Source of the DNA: Antedon mediterranea
Lineage: Eukaryota > Animalia > Echinodermata
Reading direction: 5' to 3'
Assembly (NCBI RefSeq): GCF_964355755.1
Contig: NC_092680.1
Location: 20,345,045-20,409,044, forward strand
DNA length: 64,000 bases
The first letter of the stretch is position 1, and every line of letters starts with the position of its first letter. The notes under the pieces were generated by a model, which worked only from the letters and a program-made list of their open reading frames with translations, had not been told where the DNA came from and did no database searches. Shown here piece by piece: positions 13,273 to 26,808 of this stretch. Position numbers and translations under genes: made by a program.

Positions 13273-13506
13273 GATGTAGACTTCAAGTTTTTGGAATGAT
13301 AAATAATCTTCTAATTCATAACTGAATCATAATATACTCCACTGAAAAACTTATCATTCAAATATGTCACTGTCGCCATATTATAATTGAAATAAAACAC
13401 TGCTGGTTAATAAATATGCAAATATATATTGAGTATAGTAAAAAACAGCTAACTTTGCACATGCTTCTGATTATAATACGAACGGTGGGATGATTTAACA
13501 TTGTAA

Positions 13507-13655
13507 AGTTCTGTCTACACTATCAAACTAGTGTGATGTGCCCAAATATGGTAGTGGTATTCTTAAATATGGTAGTGATATGACATCATCATGTCCATAT
13601 ATAGGCATATCACATTGTTTTGTCACATAAAGTTTGATAGTGTAGACACAGAGCT
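13507..13655. mobile_element. MITE family A, complete copy
   Basis: taa|agttctgtctacactatcaaact ... agtttgatagtgtagacacagagct|tta; TWA flanks typical of PIF/Harbinger. Confidence 0.85.
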
Positions 13656-13865
13656 TTAGTGTTACTTAATCAACACTTATATGATGATAGTTTAACTACT
13701 ACAAAGGAGGTTTGCATCAGGGAGGTAAGTTAATTGGTTAGATGTGTGGACCAACTCTGAAGTAACTGCAACTGTACTGGATAAATAATTTTATCCAGTA
13801 ACCAACATTTTCAAGATAGAGTTAGTCACTCTTAGTTAAAGTGTAATTTTGATTTAGAAATGCTT

Positions 13866-16800
13866 TTACGATTCTTCAAGTCCAAAGAAATTTGATCTAC
13901 GACCATTACCATCCCGTTGACGTTTAACAAATGAAGTCACGGATGAAACACAGTTTCCAATAAAGTAATCAGCCTCTGACATGAAGTAGAGATCTTGTAA
14001 TAAGTTTAATTTAGAGGCAGCTGTATGTACTTGAATCTACAAAATAAATAACAATTTTCAAAAGCTGTGGCTTAGTGTTGTTTAAAAAAAGTATTGAACA
14101 AGGATGGAAAAAATTTAACATTTTCAGTCTTTGGCTGCTTGCTCTCCCTGTATTTTTATGTTTAAAAAAAAAAATAAAGTTTTATTTATCATGCTTATAA
14201 TAAATAATAATAATGTTGCAAATTTTCAAACGATGCATTCACATTCACAAATACGTATGGAAACATACTTTCACAATGTTACAGCCAGTAATAAGTGCAT
14301 ATGGTGCTTTGACCTATCCAGGTACCCATTAATACACCTGGGTAGAAAGAGGTGCTTTGATCTATCCAGGTACCCATTAATACACCTGGGTGGAAAGAGG
14401 CAAACGGAAGTGTCTTGCCTTAGGATACAGGTAATGTGACGAGAATGCACTGGACTCTGACACTGGGAGTTGAGTAGACCATGGGACTAGATCAGGATTG
14501 AACCCTTGGCATTGGCATTGGGATTGGAAGGCAAGCCGTGTTAAACACCAAGCTACAGCTCCACTAAGTTTTTGGGGTATTGATTGTGACTAAAAATGCA
14601 GTTGCCATAAATGAAAAACAAATATTATAACAGAATACATACGTTTTTTGGTTCTAGAATTTCCTTAAATTGTTTCTCATATGCATTGTTATCTGTTGCT
14701 ATATATAAATGTTTAGCACCCTCTTGTTCTATTACTTTGGTGGTAAAGGTCAATATTTCCGCTTCACTTGGCAGGCACATGTCATGTGTCACTGTTTTCT
14801 CATCTGGATTGTGGCATTGTGGGGAAGCCATGAACTGTCTTGCCCCTGCAGCATGTTCACAGGCTCTCACCTGGAACAGGTAGAATGTCTTAATTATTTA
14901 AAGAAAACTTGATAGATTTTTTCATTTCAATTTCGAATGCACCTTGTTAAAAATGGAAAGGACTTCAGTTAAAATCGTGCAGTTGTTTTTATAAATCATA
15001 AAATTATCGCAAGTGACAGAATTGAACTCACAGTCACAGCCATAGGATTGGACAGGTAGACAAGCATTTTTTTAACAAGAAAAGCTTACAATTCCTCTCT
15101 AGTAATTTAAAAATATGAATTGATAATCCACAAAACATAAGTTGTCACCTAAAATGTTTGATTTAAATAAACATCTACTTAACATCTACTCTATTAGGTA
15201 ATATGATACAACACATTTTATTTCAATGTGAAATCCAATTGGTGTTATTTAAATGTACCAACAATAAAACCTACCCAATCTAAGCCGTTCCTAAGATGTA
15301 TTGCAACAAACTTCTCAGACTTAAACAACCTTTGAATTGTTTCGTTCATTTGGTTTTGCACAGGAATAGCCCATTCCATGTATTTTTGTATGAACCTGTT
15401 GCCACTTGGAATTGGGTATGGAGAAGGAGCTCCCTTTAACGCTATAACAGGGTACTCTGATGGTGGGAATCTAAAACATTAAAACAGTAAAAATGTCAGT
15501 AATGTCATAATTGATATTACAAAAATCACTTATTATAAAATTATATTAGTAAAGTTAGATTTTTGGCATAGCATCTGTTTCTAATAGAATCAACTCTTTA
15601 ATTCACAACTGGTGAAAGTTAAAATACATATGTTTTTGTTCTGGGCGGGATATTTCTTTTGTGCATAAGTTGGGGACCCCTCACAATTTGTCACAAACAT
15701 GAATATTCATTAGTCATATCTTTGCTAATACAAACGCTTTTTGTCGAGCCGTTTCTGTTTAGTCGAGTGGATTAGACATGTGCTTTACATGTTGATGTAT
15801 GGTGTTCGAATCCCATGAGCAACTTCTTTATACTTTATAGTGAGAGAGAGATTATTTACAGGGTTAGGTTTAGTTATTATAATTCAGCTATCTTTCAAAG
15901 GGTCCCTTATGTACGAAAAAAGAAAATCGCGTCTTGGGCCTCATGAGACAAGCCTTTGCTTCTAGTGCGAGCCCTAGATATTATTGTTATAACTGAATAA
16001 ATGTGTATGAATGAATAATATTCATAGACAATGGGTAATTAAAATTGACATTTTACAGAAAAACTTTTGGATAGCAAAATAAAAGTGTAATTGTAACAGT
16101 TTATACAATTTTTTATGGCTATCATAATAATAATAATAAACCGTCTTCTGTTTATCCACCATGCCAAACAACATGTCAAGCATGGTCATATATAACATGC
16201 GACAATTTATTGTTTGTGTGAAGTTGTTTATCTTGGGTCATGTCAACAGTGTTTTAACTGTACATATTAGGTTGGTACCAACCAGAACAAGGTCATTAGA
16301 AGAATTAAAAGTTCTGTCTACACTATTAAACTTCATATGAAAAAAAAAATGTGATGTGCCAATGGACATGATGATCAGTATCATATTTTGGCATATTACT
16401 ACTAAATTTGGGAATTTTTTGTCAAATAAAGTTTGATAGTGTAAACAGAGCTTTGGAAAAGTCAAATTAATGATTGTCTTGTAACAATTACCTCTCATTC
16501 CATTTTTCTTTAAGGTTATTAAGAGTGATTTCAGAATTGGAGAGGTCAGAATGGATCTGAAGGCTAAATCTCTCCATGTCATCAAAATCAATTTGAAAAG
16601 AATCCCAAAAAGGTCCAAATGGAGAACCTAAAAACAACAAAAGTTTTAGTTAAAATTAAATTAACCAATCAAATTTATTAAGAACATTTTATTTCTCAGT
16701 AGGGTTTAATGTTCTTGCAGCCACATTTAACCTGGTTGCAATGGAGTTGCAGAAGTAACACAGTGACTTTCCATTTGTTTATGATCATTATGTCTTCTAG

Positions 16801-18311
16801 TGTTTACCTTTCTTCATTTCACATTTCATCGTTGATGACGCTGGCAGAACACAATAACCCACACGCTGCCCTGGGGGCCAAATTTCCGGTGCTAACCCCT
16901 CCATAAAGTCTTCCAACGTGAGGACACGGTGAAACTCCTGCATTCTATCAATTTGAAACCAATCGGTAAAAGGTACATTTACCTAAAGTGAAGTAAAAAT
17001 TATGAATAATGAACTTAAAAAGTGAGATTAAAAAGCTACCTTACAATTAGAAATTTAAGTTCAGATTTGGTTGCCTGCGGATAAATGGGCAAAGAATTCT
17101 AAAGGCAGGCAAAGGGAAGATGGAGGCTGAGGAATACTTACATATGTCCTAAATGGAGGAATAGCAAGTGTTCTGTCAATGGCTTTTGCAAATGCTAAAG
17201 AACCAATTAAATGTTCAGCCTGGTTACCAAACCGTCCTTAAATAAAACACAAAAAAAACAGTTAATGGTTAGTTTATTAAGGGAGGTTGTCTAGGTAGTG
17301 GTTGTCTGTGTGGTGGTTCTCTTTATGGTGTCTGTCTTGGTGGTGGTTGTTTTGGTGGTGGTTGTCTTGGTGGTGGTTGTCTGTGTGGTGGTTCTCTTGG
17401 TGGTGTCGGTCTTGGTGGTGGTTGTTTTGGTGGTGGTTGTCTGTGTGACGGTTCTCTTGGTGGTGTCTGTCTTGGTGGTGGTTGTATTTGTGGTGGTTGT
17501 CTTGGTGGTGGTTGTCTGTGTGATGGTTCTCTTGGTGGTGGTTGTCTTGGTGGTGGTTGTTTTTATGGTTGTTTTGGTGGTGGTTGTCTGTGTGATGGTT
17601 CTCTTGGTGGTGGTTGTATTTGTGGTGGTTGTATTAGTGGTGGTTGTCTTGGTGGTGGTTGTCTTTATGGCTGTTTTGGTACTTTTTTGTGTCTTTGTGG
17701 TTGTTTTTGGTAGTCGGTTGTCTTGTGGTAGTTGTATTTGTGGTGGTTGTCTTGGTGGTGGTTGTCTGTGTGATGGTTCTCTTGGTGGTGTCTGTCTTGG
17801 TGGTGGTTGTTTTTATGGTTTTTTGGGTACTTTTTTGTGTCTTTGTGGTTGTTTTGGTAGTCGGTTGTCTTGTGGTAGTTGTATTAGTGGTGGTTGTCTG
17901 TGTGGTGGTTGTCTTGGTGAAGTTTGTCCAGGTGTTAATATAGTACTTAGTCCTACTTGTCAATCTATTTATCAACCAACTATGCAGCTAGAAGTACAGA
18001 GATAGGATCATGTAAAAAAGCAAAAGGCCCAGCACAATGACTTCCTTCATCAACTTACCCATACATGGACAATATAACAAATATCCTCGTGGGTCAATAT
18101 CAAGTTTAGCTTTAGCTTGTCCAACTTTTAAACCAGGACTGTCAATAAATGACACTTCAATCGTATCCGTTCCATGTTCATCTGCTAAAATATCAGCTGC
18201 AATATCAATATCTTCTAACTGGTTGGGGTTAACTTTTAGGGATAGACTCCATAAAATGAAAATTATAAAGTAACTTGTAGCAACAGAATGCATTGTCTTT
18301 AGCTTTTTCAT
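13866..18311 (-). CDS. POFUT1: GDP-fucose protein O-fucosyltransferase 1 family (GT65). Coding exons 18311-18059, 17236-17142, 16982-16808, 16627-16492, 15470-15275, 14870-14643, 14036-13866
   Basis: GT-AG exons join in consistent phases to give [67 protein letters not shown] and [20 protein letters not shown], all POFUT1 signature blocks; N-terminal hydrophobic signal. Confidence 0.93.
14303..14562 (-). mobile_element. Nin/Deu-domain tRNA-derived SINE with an internal ~48-bp duplication, in the last POFUT1 intron
   Basis: ccaggtacccattaatacacctgggtggaaagaggc ... aagtgtcttgcc is the reverse complement of the Nin-SINE core (GCAAGACACTT ... CCACCCAGGTGTA ... ATGGGTACC); B-box-like GGGTTCAATCC on the minus strand near 14495-14505. 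Confidence 0.7.
15755..15825 (+). mobile_element. tRNA-derived SINE head
   Basis: tagtcgagtgg (A-box-like) and gttcgaatccc (B-box); degenerate cloverleaf in an intron. Confidence 0.55.
16310..16452. mobile_element. MITE family A, in a POFUT1 intron
   Basis: agttctgtctacactattaaact ... agtttgatagtgtaaacagagct. Confidence 0.85.
17285..17920. repeat. G/T-only-rich degenerate 15-bp minisatellite (tggtggttgtcttgg) in a POFUT1 intron
   Basis: Almost A-free plus strand made of 15-bp variants with higher-order blocks; yields spurious poly-Val and poly-Thr ORFs. Confidence 0.9.
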
Positions 18312-18489
18312 ATCTATAGTAAATAAAAAACAATAATAATTAAAATAAAAGAAAACATTTTTTATTTAAAACATTAAGCATCATCATCATCTGTGCTGTG
18401 CTTTTTAATTTTTTATGTTGGCATATAGTATTAAGTAATCTCACTTGTTAAAAACTGCACTCTCACTTCTCCATAAAAGGATAGGAGTA

Positions 18490-18850
18490 GAACCTTAGGC
18501 TAAACTAAGGCTTAGCCTAGGGCCAGGAGTAGATGTAGCCAACTGCGTAATAATTTACCCCCGGCCCCAGCTAAATTGCAGAAATAAGCCTAGTACAGAA
18601 AATCCCGGGCTTCATACTCTAGGCGACAGGGCCTAGTAGCCTATATAGTCCTTCTTGTGCCTACTAGGCGGCCCTCCTAGTCCTACTTCCTAGTAGCTAG
18701 CTACTAGGCCTAGTACAACTACTAGTAGGCTAGCTAGTAAGCTAGGCCTAGCCTCCGCCAGGCCCTAGTAGCTAGCTAGCTAGCTAGGCTAGACAGAGGT
18801 ACTAGCCACCAGTGTATGTAGGGCTAGCCTGGTTCTAGCTAGACTAGGGT
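18490..18850. other. CTAG/AGGCCTAG-rich low-complexity tract in the presumed first (5' UTR) intron of POFUT1
   Basis: Dense ctag, gctagc and aggccta words; lies between a candidate donor near 18927 (minus AG|GTAAT) and the acceptor at 18314. Confidence 0.6.
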
Positions 18851-20850
18851 GTGTCAGTTTGTAATATGCAAAGGTGGGAATATATTCTGGAATTAGTCAT
18901 CGGGCTAACTACAATTAATAACATTACCTTTTTTGATATCATGTTGTGTCTTAATTTGTAAAGTTTGTTGACAAAATCAACTAATATAGCGCCCTCAAAC
19001 CAACCTTGCTCAAACTCATCACTCAAACACATTTGAAGCTGTTAGCAACAGATCGGAGGTTTGCCATTTAACCATGGAGGTTTAACCCTCTAATAAATTA
19101 CAATTACAATATTTATTAGATTTTATATTATTAAAAACAATCGTGAAGGTTCGAACCACCAAATCTAGAGCTGAGATCACTCAAAACAAAGCATTCCATT
19201 GCGCCACATAATATATACCGAACACCTGATAATAGTCTATTTATACGTGTATTACGTAATTCATCATTACGTCATGCTAAAACCAAAATGACCAGGTGAG
19301 ATGACATACCGATTTGTAAATAAATAGTGTGATCCGGAATTAATGATTTGCAGCCTAATTAGTAAGTGTGTTCTTCTCAGCATTTATGACGATATTATCT
19401 ATAAATAGAATAATTCTAAGAAACGATCATGCACACAGAAAACCACATAGTTGTGTGACTGCTGCTGCAAGAAACACATTCCTATAATATAGATTATTTT
19501 CCTTGTCAGAATTTATGGATTATCGTTGTGTTAAACACTTCTTTTTAAAGTAGGCCTATACTTTTTTACAATGTAGGATAGTTCAAATTAAACAATAAAA
19601 TCCCTATTCTTTTTTTAGACAATCTTCAAATTTAAAAATATTATGAAAAAATAAATAGCGTGGCAAAAAATGTTATTTGGTGATTATACCTTTAGTTTTC
19701 TAATTTATTTTCACTCAACTTCAGATTTGTATATATTATTTTATATCAAAACATATCCAGACCCCTTCTTTTATTGGACATTTATCAGATATGGTAACAG
19801 CATTACGTTGAGTGCATGACTTTTACAGCAGAATGTTCCCACTTTGAGAAGGAGAATGGAAAGTGGGAGAATCAGATTTAGTGTTTATTTCTAGTGAGAC
19901 TTTAGACGGCTTCCAATTTGTTTTTATTTATTTTACACATAAAATGTATTTTAAAACTAACTGTAAAACAGTTACGGTCATTTCCTTTTCATTGAAAATA
20001 ACTAGAACATATATTCATAGCCTCAATGTTGCCAATCCCTTTCCGTATTCTTATCCTTTTGTGGTTCCCATCACCTGGCGCAACGCAAGCAACCGCGCAA
20101 GCAATTTTACCAATCAAGATGGATAGCTCCCCCGAACTGTCGCTTGTGATTGGTCAACTCATTTTCTTTGCGTCTACGGCACTATAGGAACTAAATTTTA
20201 ACATATGTTATACTGGGGCTGATTATTTCCTCTTCCATTTTTATTACGTTACTTGAACGGGTAAGAAAATTTTAATATGTTCTGGTTAACGTTAATCTGT
20301 TTTATTAATTTTTTTAGTTAATTCCTTATTAGAACATCACCTATAGGCCCATTTAAAAATATTGCTTAATATTGATTCCACTGAAGGTAGCGGCGGATGA
20401 TCCATATATTGAGAGGAATTATGTTGTGAGTAATCCGATCTTCCAGGACACCAATGTAATTATAATAACATATGTAATTATAATAACATTCCTGCTTCCA
20501 CGCTGGGTGTTGTAGTTCATATTATTTACCACGTTACTGATTCTACTATATCTTGGTTCTATGATGCAACGCAAGTAGCCTTATTATTAGAACTCGTCTG
20601 CGTTTTGTCGATATATGTTGCGTGTACGTTCGACTGTAACCACTGCTACTACATTGCTGATACTTTGTTATTAAATTGTTGTCTCCTCCTCAAGTCTTCT
20701 GAAGTAGGCTACTAACGCTATACACAATTATACTTTGTTGTACTATATGCCTACTGCTTTCATACTACTATTAATGAAGGTATTATACTTCAATTCTACT
20801 GTTATAGGCCTACTACTAAATCATTTTTATTTCTCTCTTTTCAGTGTAAA

Positions 20851-21888
20851 ATGGCGAACCATACTGACTACGAGAAGAACGTGTTGCATAGTCACCCTGC
20901 TGTTAATGTGATACGTTACACTGTGGGAATAGTAGGCATATTTGCAAATCTACTTGTAGTTCTGGTGTTCTTAACCAAGAAAATTTACAAGAAATCATCC
21001 ACACATTTAGTGATTTTTCACCAGTCTTGGATTGACATGGCTGGTAGTCTTTTGTTCGTCATCTACTATACAAGAGATCCTCCAGTCGGAGTAGCTGGTG
21101 AGGTTTTCTGTAAATCAAGAACTTTATTTTGGTATCTGCAGTACGCTTCTACGACTAATTTAGTCCTAGTGACGATTGAGAGATATGTAGCCGTGCTGCA
21201 TTCAAATTGGTACAGGATGAAGTTTAGCAGACGTAAAAGAAAAGAAATGATTTTAATCATTCCTCATTTTACAGGAGTGTTCATGGCCTCTTACTTGGTA
21301 TTAGTTGCTACTATTGATGAAGACAAGCCCTGGTTATGTTATTACGATATAAACAGTTCTGGAAGATGGTTTCAAGTCGGCTCTGGTGTATTTGTATTTC
21401 TTATTTCTTGGTTTATACCAACCACACTCATGATATACTGTTACGCTCGTATTTTTAATATGATTAGGAACAAATCAAACATTGAAATTTCAAGAGGTCA
21501 AACTGAACCAACAAACGAGATAGGCCTAGGCCTACAGAAAGAAAACAGAAAACTAACAAATACAGCATACAGTAGAGTTCAGCAAAATCTTATTGTCACA
21601 CTCTTCTGTGTTTTTATCGCGTTTATAATCACCATTACACCAAACATTGTTTTGTACGTGACTTACTTGTTCTGTAATTGTTTCGAGCTTAACTCAAGTA
21701 ACGTGCATGAGGTAACTGTAACGCTAATTGCAGTCAATCTAAGCGTCAACCCATTCATTTACTCGTTCAAGTTTAACGACTTTCGAAAAGGATTGTACCA
21801 ACTAAGAGACGAGTTGTTGGCTAAAGTAGGAATTGACATGTCTGAAGCAACCACCACAAAAGATGATCGTCATGTAAATAAACTTTAG
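20851..21888 (+). CDS. Rhodopsin-family orphan GPCR, lineage-expanded paralog 1
   Basis: 7 TM, GIFAN, ERY, YCY in TM5, NPFIY; ATG preceded by a polypyrimidine tract and ttcag acceptor. Confidence 0.9.
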   Translation: MANHTDYEKNVLHSHPAVNVIRYTVGIVGIFANLLVVLVFLTKKIYKKSSTHLVIFHQSWIDMAGSLLFVIYYTRDPPVGVAGEVFCKSRTLFWYLQYASTTNLVLVTIERYVAVLHSNWYRMKFSRRKRKEMILIIPHFTGVFMASYLVLVATIDEDKPWLCYYDINSSGRWFQVGSGVFVFLISWFIPTTLMIYCYARIFNMIRNKSNIEISRGQTEPTNEIGLGLQKENRKLTNTAYSRVQQNLIVTLFCVFIAFIITITPNIVLYVTYLFCNCFELNSSNVHEVTVTLIAVNLSVNPFIYSFKFNDFRKGLYQLRDELLAKVGIDMSEATTTKDDRHVNKL

Positions 21889-22596
21889 ATCCATAACGTT
21901 ACATCAGGATCGTAGCCAACATCACGCTTGATCGGGCTTCTACATGACAGATTTTTACCGAAAACATCCATAAGTTCATTATTTAATTATCTTCGTACAC
22001 ATTTAAAATAATTATTTTATTTTTGTGCCTGTTTTGTTGCGTTAACATCATTTAAATTCACATTCATATAATTATCTTTTATGTCATCACAATGATTGAT
22101 TCCTAAACTTCATCAGTAAAATTTTTAAGGTACACACACCAAACACGTATCTAGATGACTTTCGATAGTCAGTTAATATCTACCTAGTGACAGCTGCAGA
22201 ATCGGACGACGCGCTGTACTAACTTTACTTGGACAATCTATCAACTTTGCTTATGTGTTTTACACATGTGCTTTTAAATGTATTAATTAAATTGGACATG
22301 TTATGATGCTGTAGTAGACACTCCTTTAATAAATAATAAATATTTAAATAAATATAAACAGTATTCCTGCCAATCCTTTTCCTGTTCACATTTTACACGT
22401 TATGTATTATTATGGTAATTCCGTTTTAATTAGAGTATAACATTTCCTCAAACAATAAAATCGTGAAATTGTGCTGACTGTGTAAACTCGTTTTTTAGTA
22501 TCTTTTTTGCTCACTGGTTCACGCATGCGCCGCATGGCTATTATCTCACAATAATCTTACGAGATGAAATAATACATTACTCTTCTGCTTTACTAA

Positions 22597-22742
22597 AGCT
22601 CTGTCTACACGATTAAACTAGTTTGTCAAAAAAGTGTGATGTGCCCAAATATATAGTAGTGATATGCTTAAACATGGCAGTAAAATGACATCATCATGGG
22701 AACATCCCAATTTGTTGTCACATAAAATTTGATAGTGTAGAC
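22597..22742. mobile_element. MITE family A
   Basis: agctctgtctacac ... tttgatagtgtagac. Confidence 0.8.
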
Positions 22743-22934
22743 GACGAAAGAGATTTAATATAAAATAAGTCGAGTGTATTTCTATGTTTCCTCAGTTTGT
22801 CCATGCGCTCACAAACTTCTATTGTATCTACGGAAACGTGTCAAGTACTTTATTTCCTATGGTATATATACACTTTAGTTCACTGTAGCCATAAAGGTAA
22901 TGGATACGAGAAGTAACATGAACTTTAGTACTGA

Positions 22935-25620
22935 GTCTAGCCTATCTAATTTATGTCCAATATGCTGCACATAATAGTCACTAGAGAATTTAAATAATTA
23001 ATTTGTTCAGCTATTCATAATAACTAAATTAAATTAAAAATGTCTTTACTAATAAAGATTATTGCTTGCATCTTATTTGAATATTATGAGTTGTGATAAA
23101 TATTAACAACATACACATCCTGAATATACTAATATAAGCGGCTGTAGGCATATAATGGTTCAACTTTACAGTTTTGAAATATTCCTAAAATGCATGCCTA
23201 CAATATTAATTTCAATAAAACTACAATTTAAACTGTAGTACTGTATATAGGTCTAGCCTATCTAATTTATGATGTTAAATAAAACTGGCTGTATAGTCAC
23301 TAGAGAATTTTTAATTAATTTGTTTAACTATTCATAATAACTAAATCAAATATTGGTTTCCGCAAATGTCTTTACTAATAAAGAGTACGGTATTGCTTGC
23401 ATTTTATTTTAATATTATGAGTTGTAATAGTACTAATAAGAAAAAACGCATCCTGAATATACCATTATGAAACTACTGTAGGCCTATAATGTTTAAACTT
23501 TACAGTTTTGAAATATTCCTAAAGAGTATACCTACAATTAATTTCAATCGCATAACTGGAACTTTAACAATTTCAAAGATTAGCACTCGGTGATATTACT
23601 ATATCGTATTTGTTTTGTTTATTTGTTTGTCTATACTGTAATTATATTGATATAGAAAGTTTTTCCGTCATGTATAATAATACTCCAACTCAGTGATGCG
23701 TATTAGGTTTTAGTAAGGTATTAGCATTGCTCCGCCGCATTATAGAGGAATACGCCACAGAGGTCTCTGCTGTCATTTCGATTTAACAGCGTAAGAACGA
23801 CCACAGACACACAGCTGAATGTACATGTTCTGCTACCAGTAGAATGTATGCCAGTGTCATAATAATAATAATACGTCGAAGAAAACAATAGTATGAATTC
23901 GAGATCTTGCTGTAGAATATAGGCCATAACTGAACTGAACTATAGGCTGTTTGAGGTCGGATCATTAACAAATTATTAAAGTAAGTAAAAACAATGCATT
24001 TCATACTCTTATTATTACACAATCCACATCAATTAAAGTGTTGTGTCAATAATGCAGCCCGTACCTAATGCCATGAAACAGTATAGGCCTAGATGCAGAA
24101 ACAGCCAAATGTTTGAACAATTTGTGTTTTTACATTTCGTAAAAGCAATGTATTTTTACCTCTTTTATATTATTCTGAATCCAGATAAGCACAGGCTTAA
24201 AAAATCCTTGACTCATTTAGTGATTCCGTTCTAATGGACTATAATGGGATAGAGTGTCATACCATTTTTATCATAAACAATATATATGCGAAATTCAGTG
24301 TTAAATTGTGAGCTATTGATATTGCGGTGAGATACAGGATTTAATCCTAATAAATAGTTTACTGTATTTGTATAAAGGTGCCACATAAATTATAATATTA
24401 TTAACAAAAGTTTAACAAAGCTATGATACTTCTTGACACATGTGGCAATTGTTGGATGAAGTGATCAAACATAATAATAATTTTACCTAGTACTGTATTT
24501 AGATCCAGTATCATAACTAGGACAATTCCGTATTACAGCATCACATGTGATACTGTATTACAGAATTTTTCTACTGAGCAAATATGTCTTTTATGAAGAT
24601 ACAGAATCTGGAGAATTGGGTATTTGTTGGCATTAGAAAATTTAAAAAAAATTGCATACATAATAAATAATATCAATTAGAAAGACAGTAAGACAAACTA
24701 GAGAAAATAATATATTTTAAAGTCAAATCCACCAAAAGTTCGTAATTCACCATGGACCATGATTTTATCCATACACAATTCAAACCAATTATATATCTCA
24801 TGGAAAGTCAATGACCTTGCAACTAATGAATCTTTGAATATTATTTTTAATAACGTCTATACCATTATTGTTCTAATGCAATCATAACAATTTACAGTAA
24901 TTTACATATTGCATTATTACATATGAAGTATTATTACTCTGCGGTTATTATATTTATGACTGGTTTCAATTTAGGCCTCGCAACTACAATAATACTAAGT
25001 GATATCTGTAGGTTATACAGCTTTTTATAGTGATTTCTCAATTAAAGTAAAAGCAATATATTTTTTTATTTTTTTTTGTTTATTTAATCGGTATAAAAAG
25101 ACTCAAAATACAACTCATAGTTGAAATGAAGAGCTTACATATGAAAATGATAATTCACATAAAACAAAGTTAAACGAAGAAAAAACACATTAAGGCCTAT
25201 GAAACAGTAATAATTACTGTATAATTCATTAAATAATTATATGGCCTATTATGAATACTTACTTTCTTTATTTTCCATTCACATGAACTTTATTACTGTA
25301 TAGGTCTAGCCTATCTAATTTATGTTTTTCAATAAAACTGGCTGTATATAGAGAATGTCATTAATTAATGTGTTCAACTATTCATAATAACTAAATTAAA
25401 TATTGGTGTCCGAAAATGTCTTTATTAATAAAGAGTATTCCTTTCATTTTATTTGAATATTATGAGTTGTGATATTTTATTAATAAGAACAAACATTTCC
25501 TGAATATACCATTATACAACTACTGTAGGCCTATAATATTTAATTTATTAAAAATATTCCTAAAGAGTATACCTACAATTAATTTCAATCGAACAACTAG
25601 AACTTTAACAATTACAAAGT
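22935..25620. repeat. ~300-bp local repeat in three copies (about 22935-23230, 23250-23570, 25300-25620)
   Basis: Shared gtctagcctatctaatttatg ... ctattcataataactaaat ... aatattatgagttgt ... aaatattcctaaa. Confidence 0.8.
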
Positions 25621-26539
25621 TCGAAAGTATAAAATCATAAAAAATGGCAAGTCATATAGGATGTCTTAAGAAGACGGTTATTTCAGAAAAAGAGAAGAAA
25701 TGTTTCACTAGAATCTTCTTTTCTATTTAAAAAAAATATTTGAAGTTTCTAGGAAACAACCTCTATTTAAAGTAATGCAATTGCTTAGTGTTAACAATAC
25801 TGTTATAAAGACACGCGACATGTTTTAATTAAAATTCAAAATATAATAATGTTTCTTCTTTTGTTTAGGAGTTTGCCAATCAGAAATTATTCATGCGATT
25901 ATCTAGCTTAGTAGCAGAAGTATTAGCAACTAATATACAATGTTTAATATCCCCGTAATGATTAATTTTAAATTTACTTAATAATATTAATAAAAATGAA
26001 AATAATTATAATCTAAATTGTAGATGTAATCATTGTCACGCAACAACAAAGTATACAAATACCACTTACAACACAGTACCTCACTTTCACCTATCTTTCT
26101 GTCCTTGGTAAATTCTATTATAAGCCTACTATTGTTTCCTTCCAGTTACACAACAATCGAAATATAAAACAATTGGTTTCTGACGAAGTTACCTTGGTAC
26201 GCAAATTCCCAATGTTCGACCATATTACATTATCGTTTAAGCCTGTTTTCCTTCGTTAACAGTTCAACGATGATCGTTTCAACGATCAAGTTGAAATTAT
26301 AACGATTCCGAGTACCTTTTCCTGCAAATCGTTAACATTTCAATGTTTACGTAGAAGATTGCCGATTATTGTTAACGATAGCGTCGAATAACTTGACAGG
26401 AAAACAGGTTTTATGCACTATTTACTTTCTATATTGTGTATAAAAACGTCACTGTATTATCTCTTTAAATCTGATTTATCATTTTCTTTAGGCATACAGT
26501 ACTAATAATAATTTAGATACACATTAGTTTAGTGTATTG

Positions 26540-26808
26540 TTTTCAACGCCGTCGTGTCTCGCGTCATGATTGGTCAACTCACTTGCGTTGTGCTTACGTA
26601 TTTACGTTGCGTCCAATAGTGGAAACAAGTTTAAAAGTGTTGATCGTAAATTATGCTGAAGTAAGCTGTTTCTGCTGCATTAATATTAAAAAGGTTATAG
26701 TTACCGTTTGGACGCAACGCAAGTGAGTTGACCAATCATCGCGATCCATTGCGTCGTGAATGGTTAATTATTTGCGATGTGCTTCGTTTTTGCGTGGGAA
26801 CGAAGCTT
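26540..26808. mobile_element. Two degenerate MITE family B fragments
   Basis: gattggtcaactcacttgcgttg ... agtggaaacaagtt and acgcaacgcaagtgagttgaccaatca ... gtgggaacgaagctt. Confidence 0.6.

Noticed and set aside
17298-18005. Poly-Val ORF (+) and mucin-like Thr-rich ORF (-)
   Set aside because: Translations of an intronic minisatellite; inclusion would split the CMG|RFGNQ catalytic motif of POFUT1.
21066-21260. Conserved antisense ORFs within the GPCR paralogs (also 27179, 58274, 61039, 63599)
   Set aside because: Shadow frames conserved only because the sense genes are recent duplicates.
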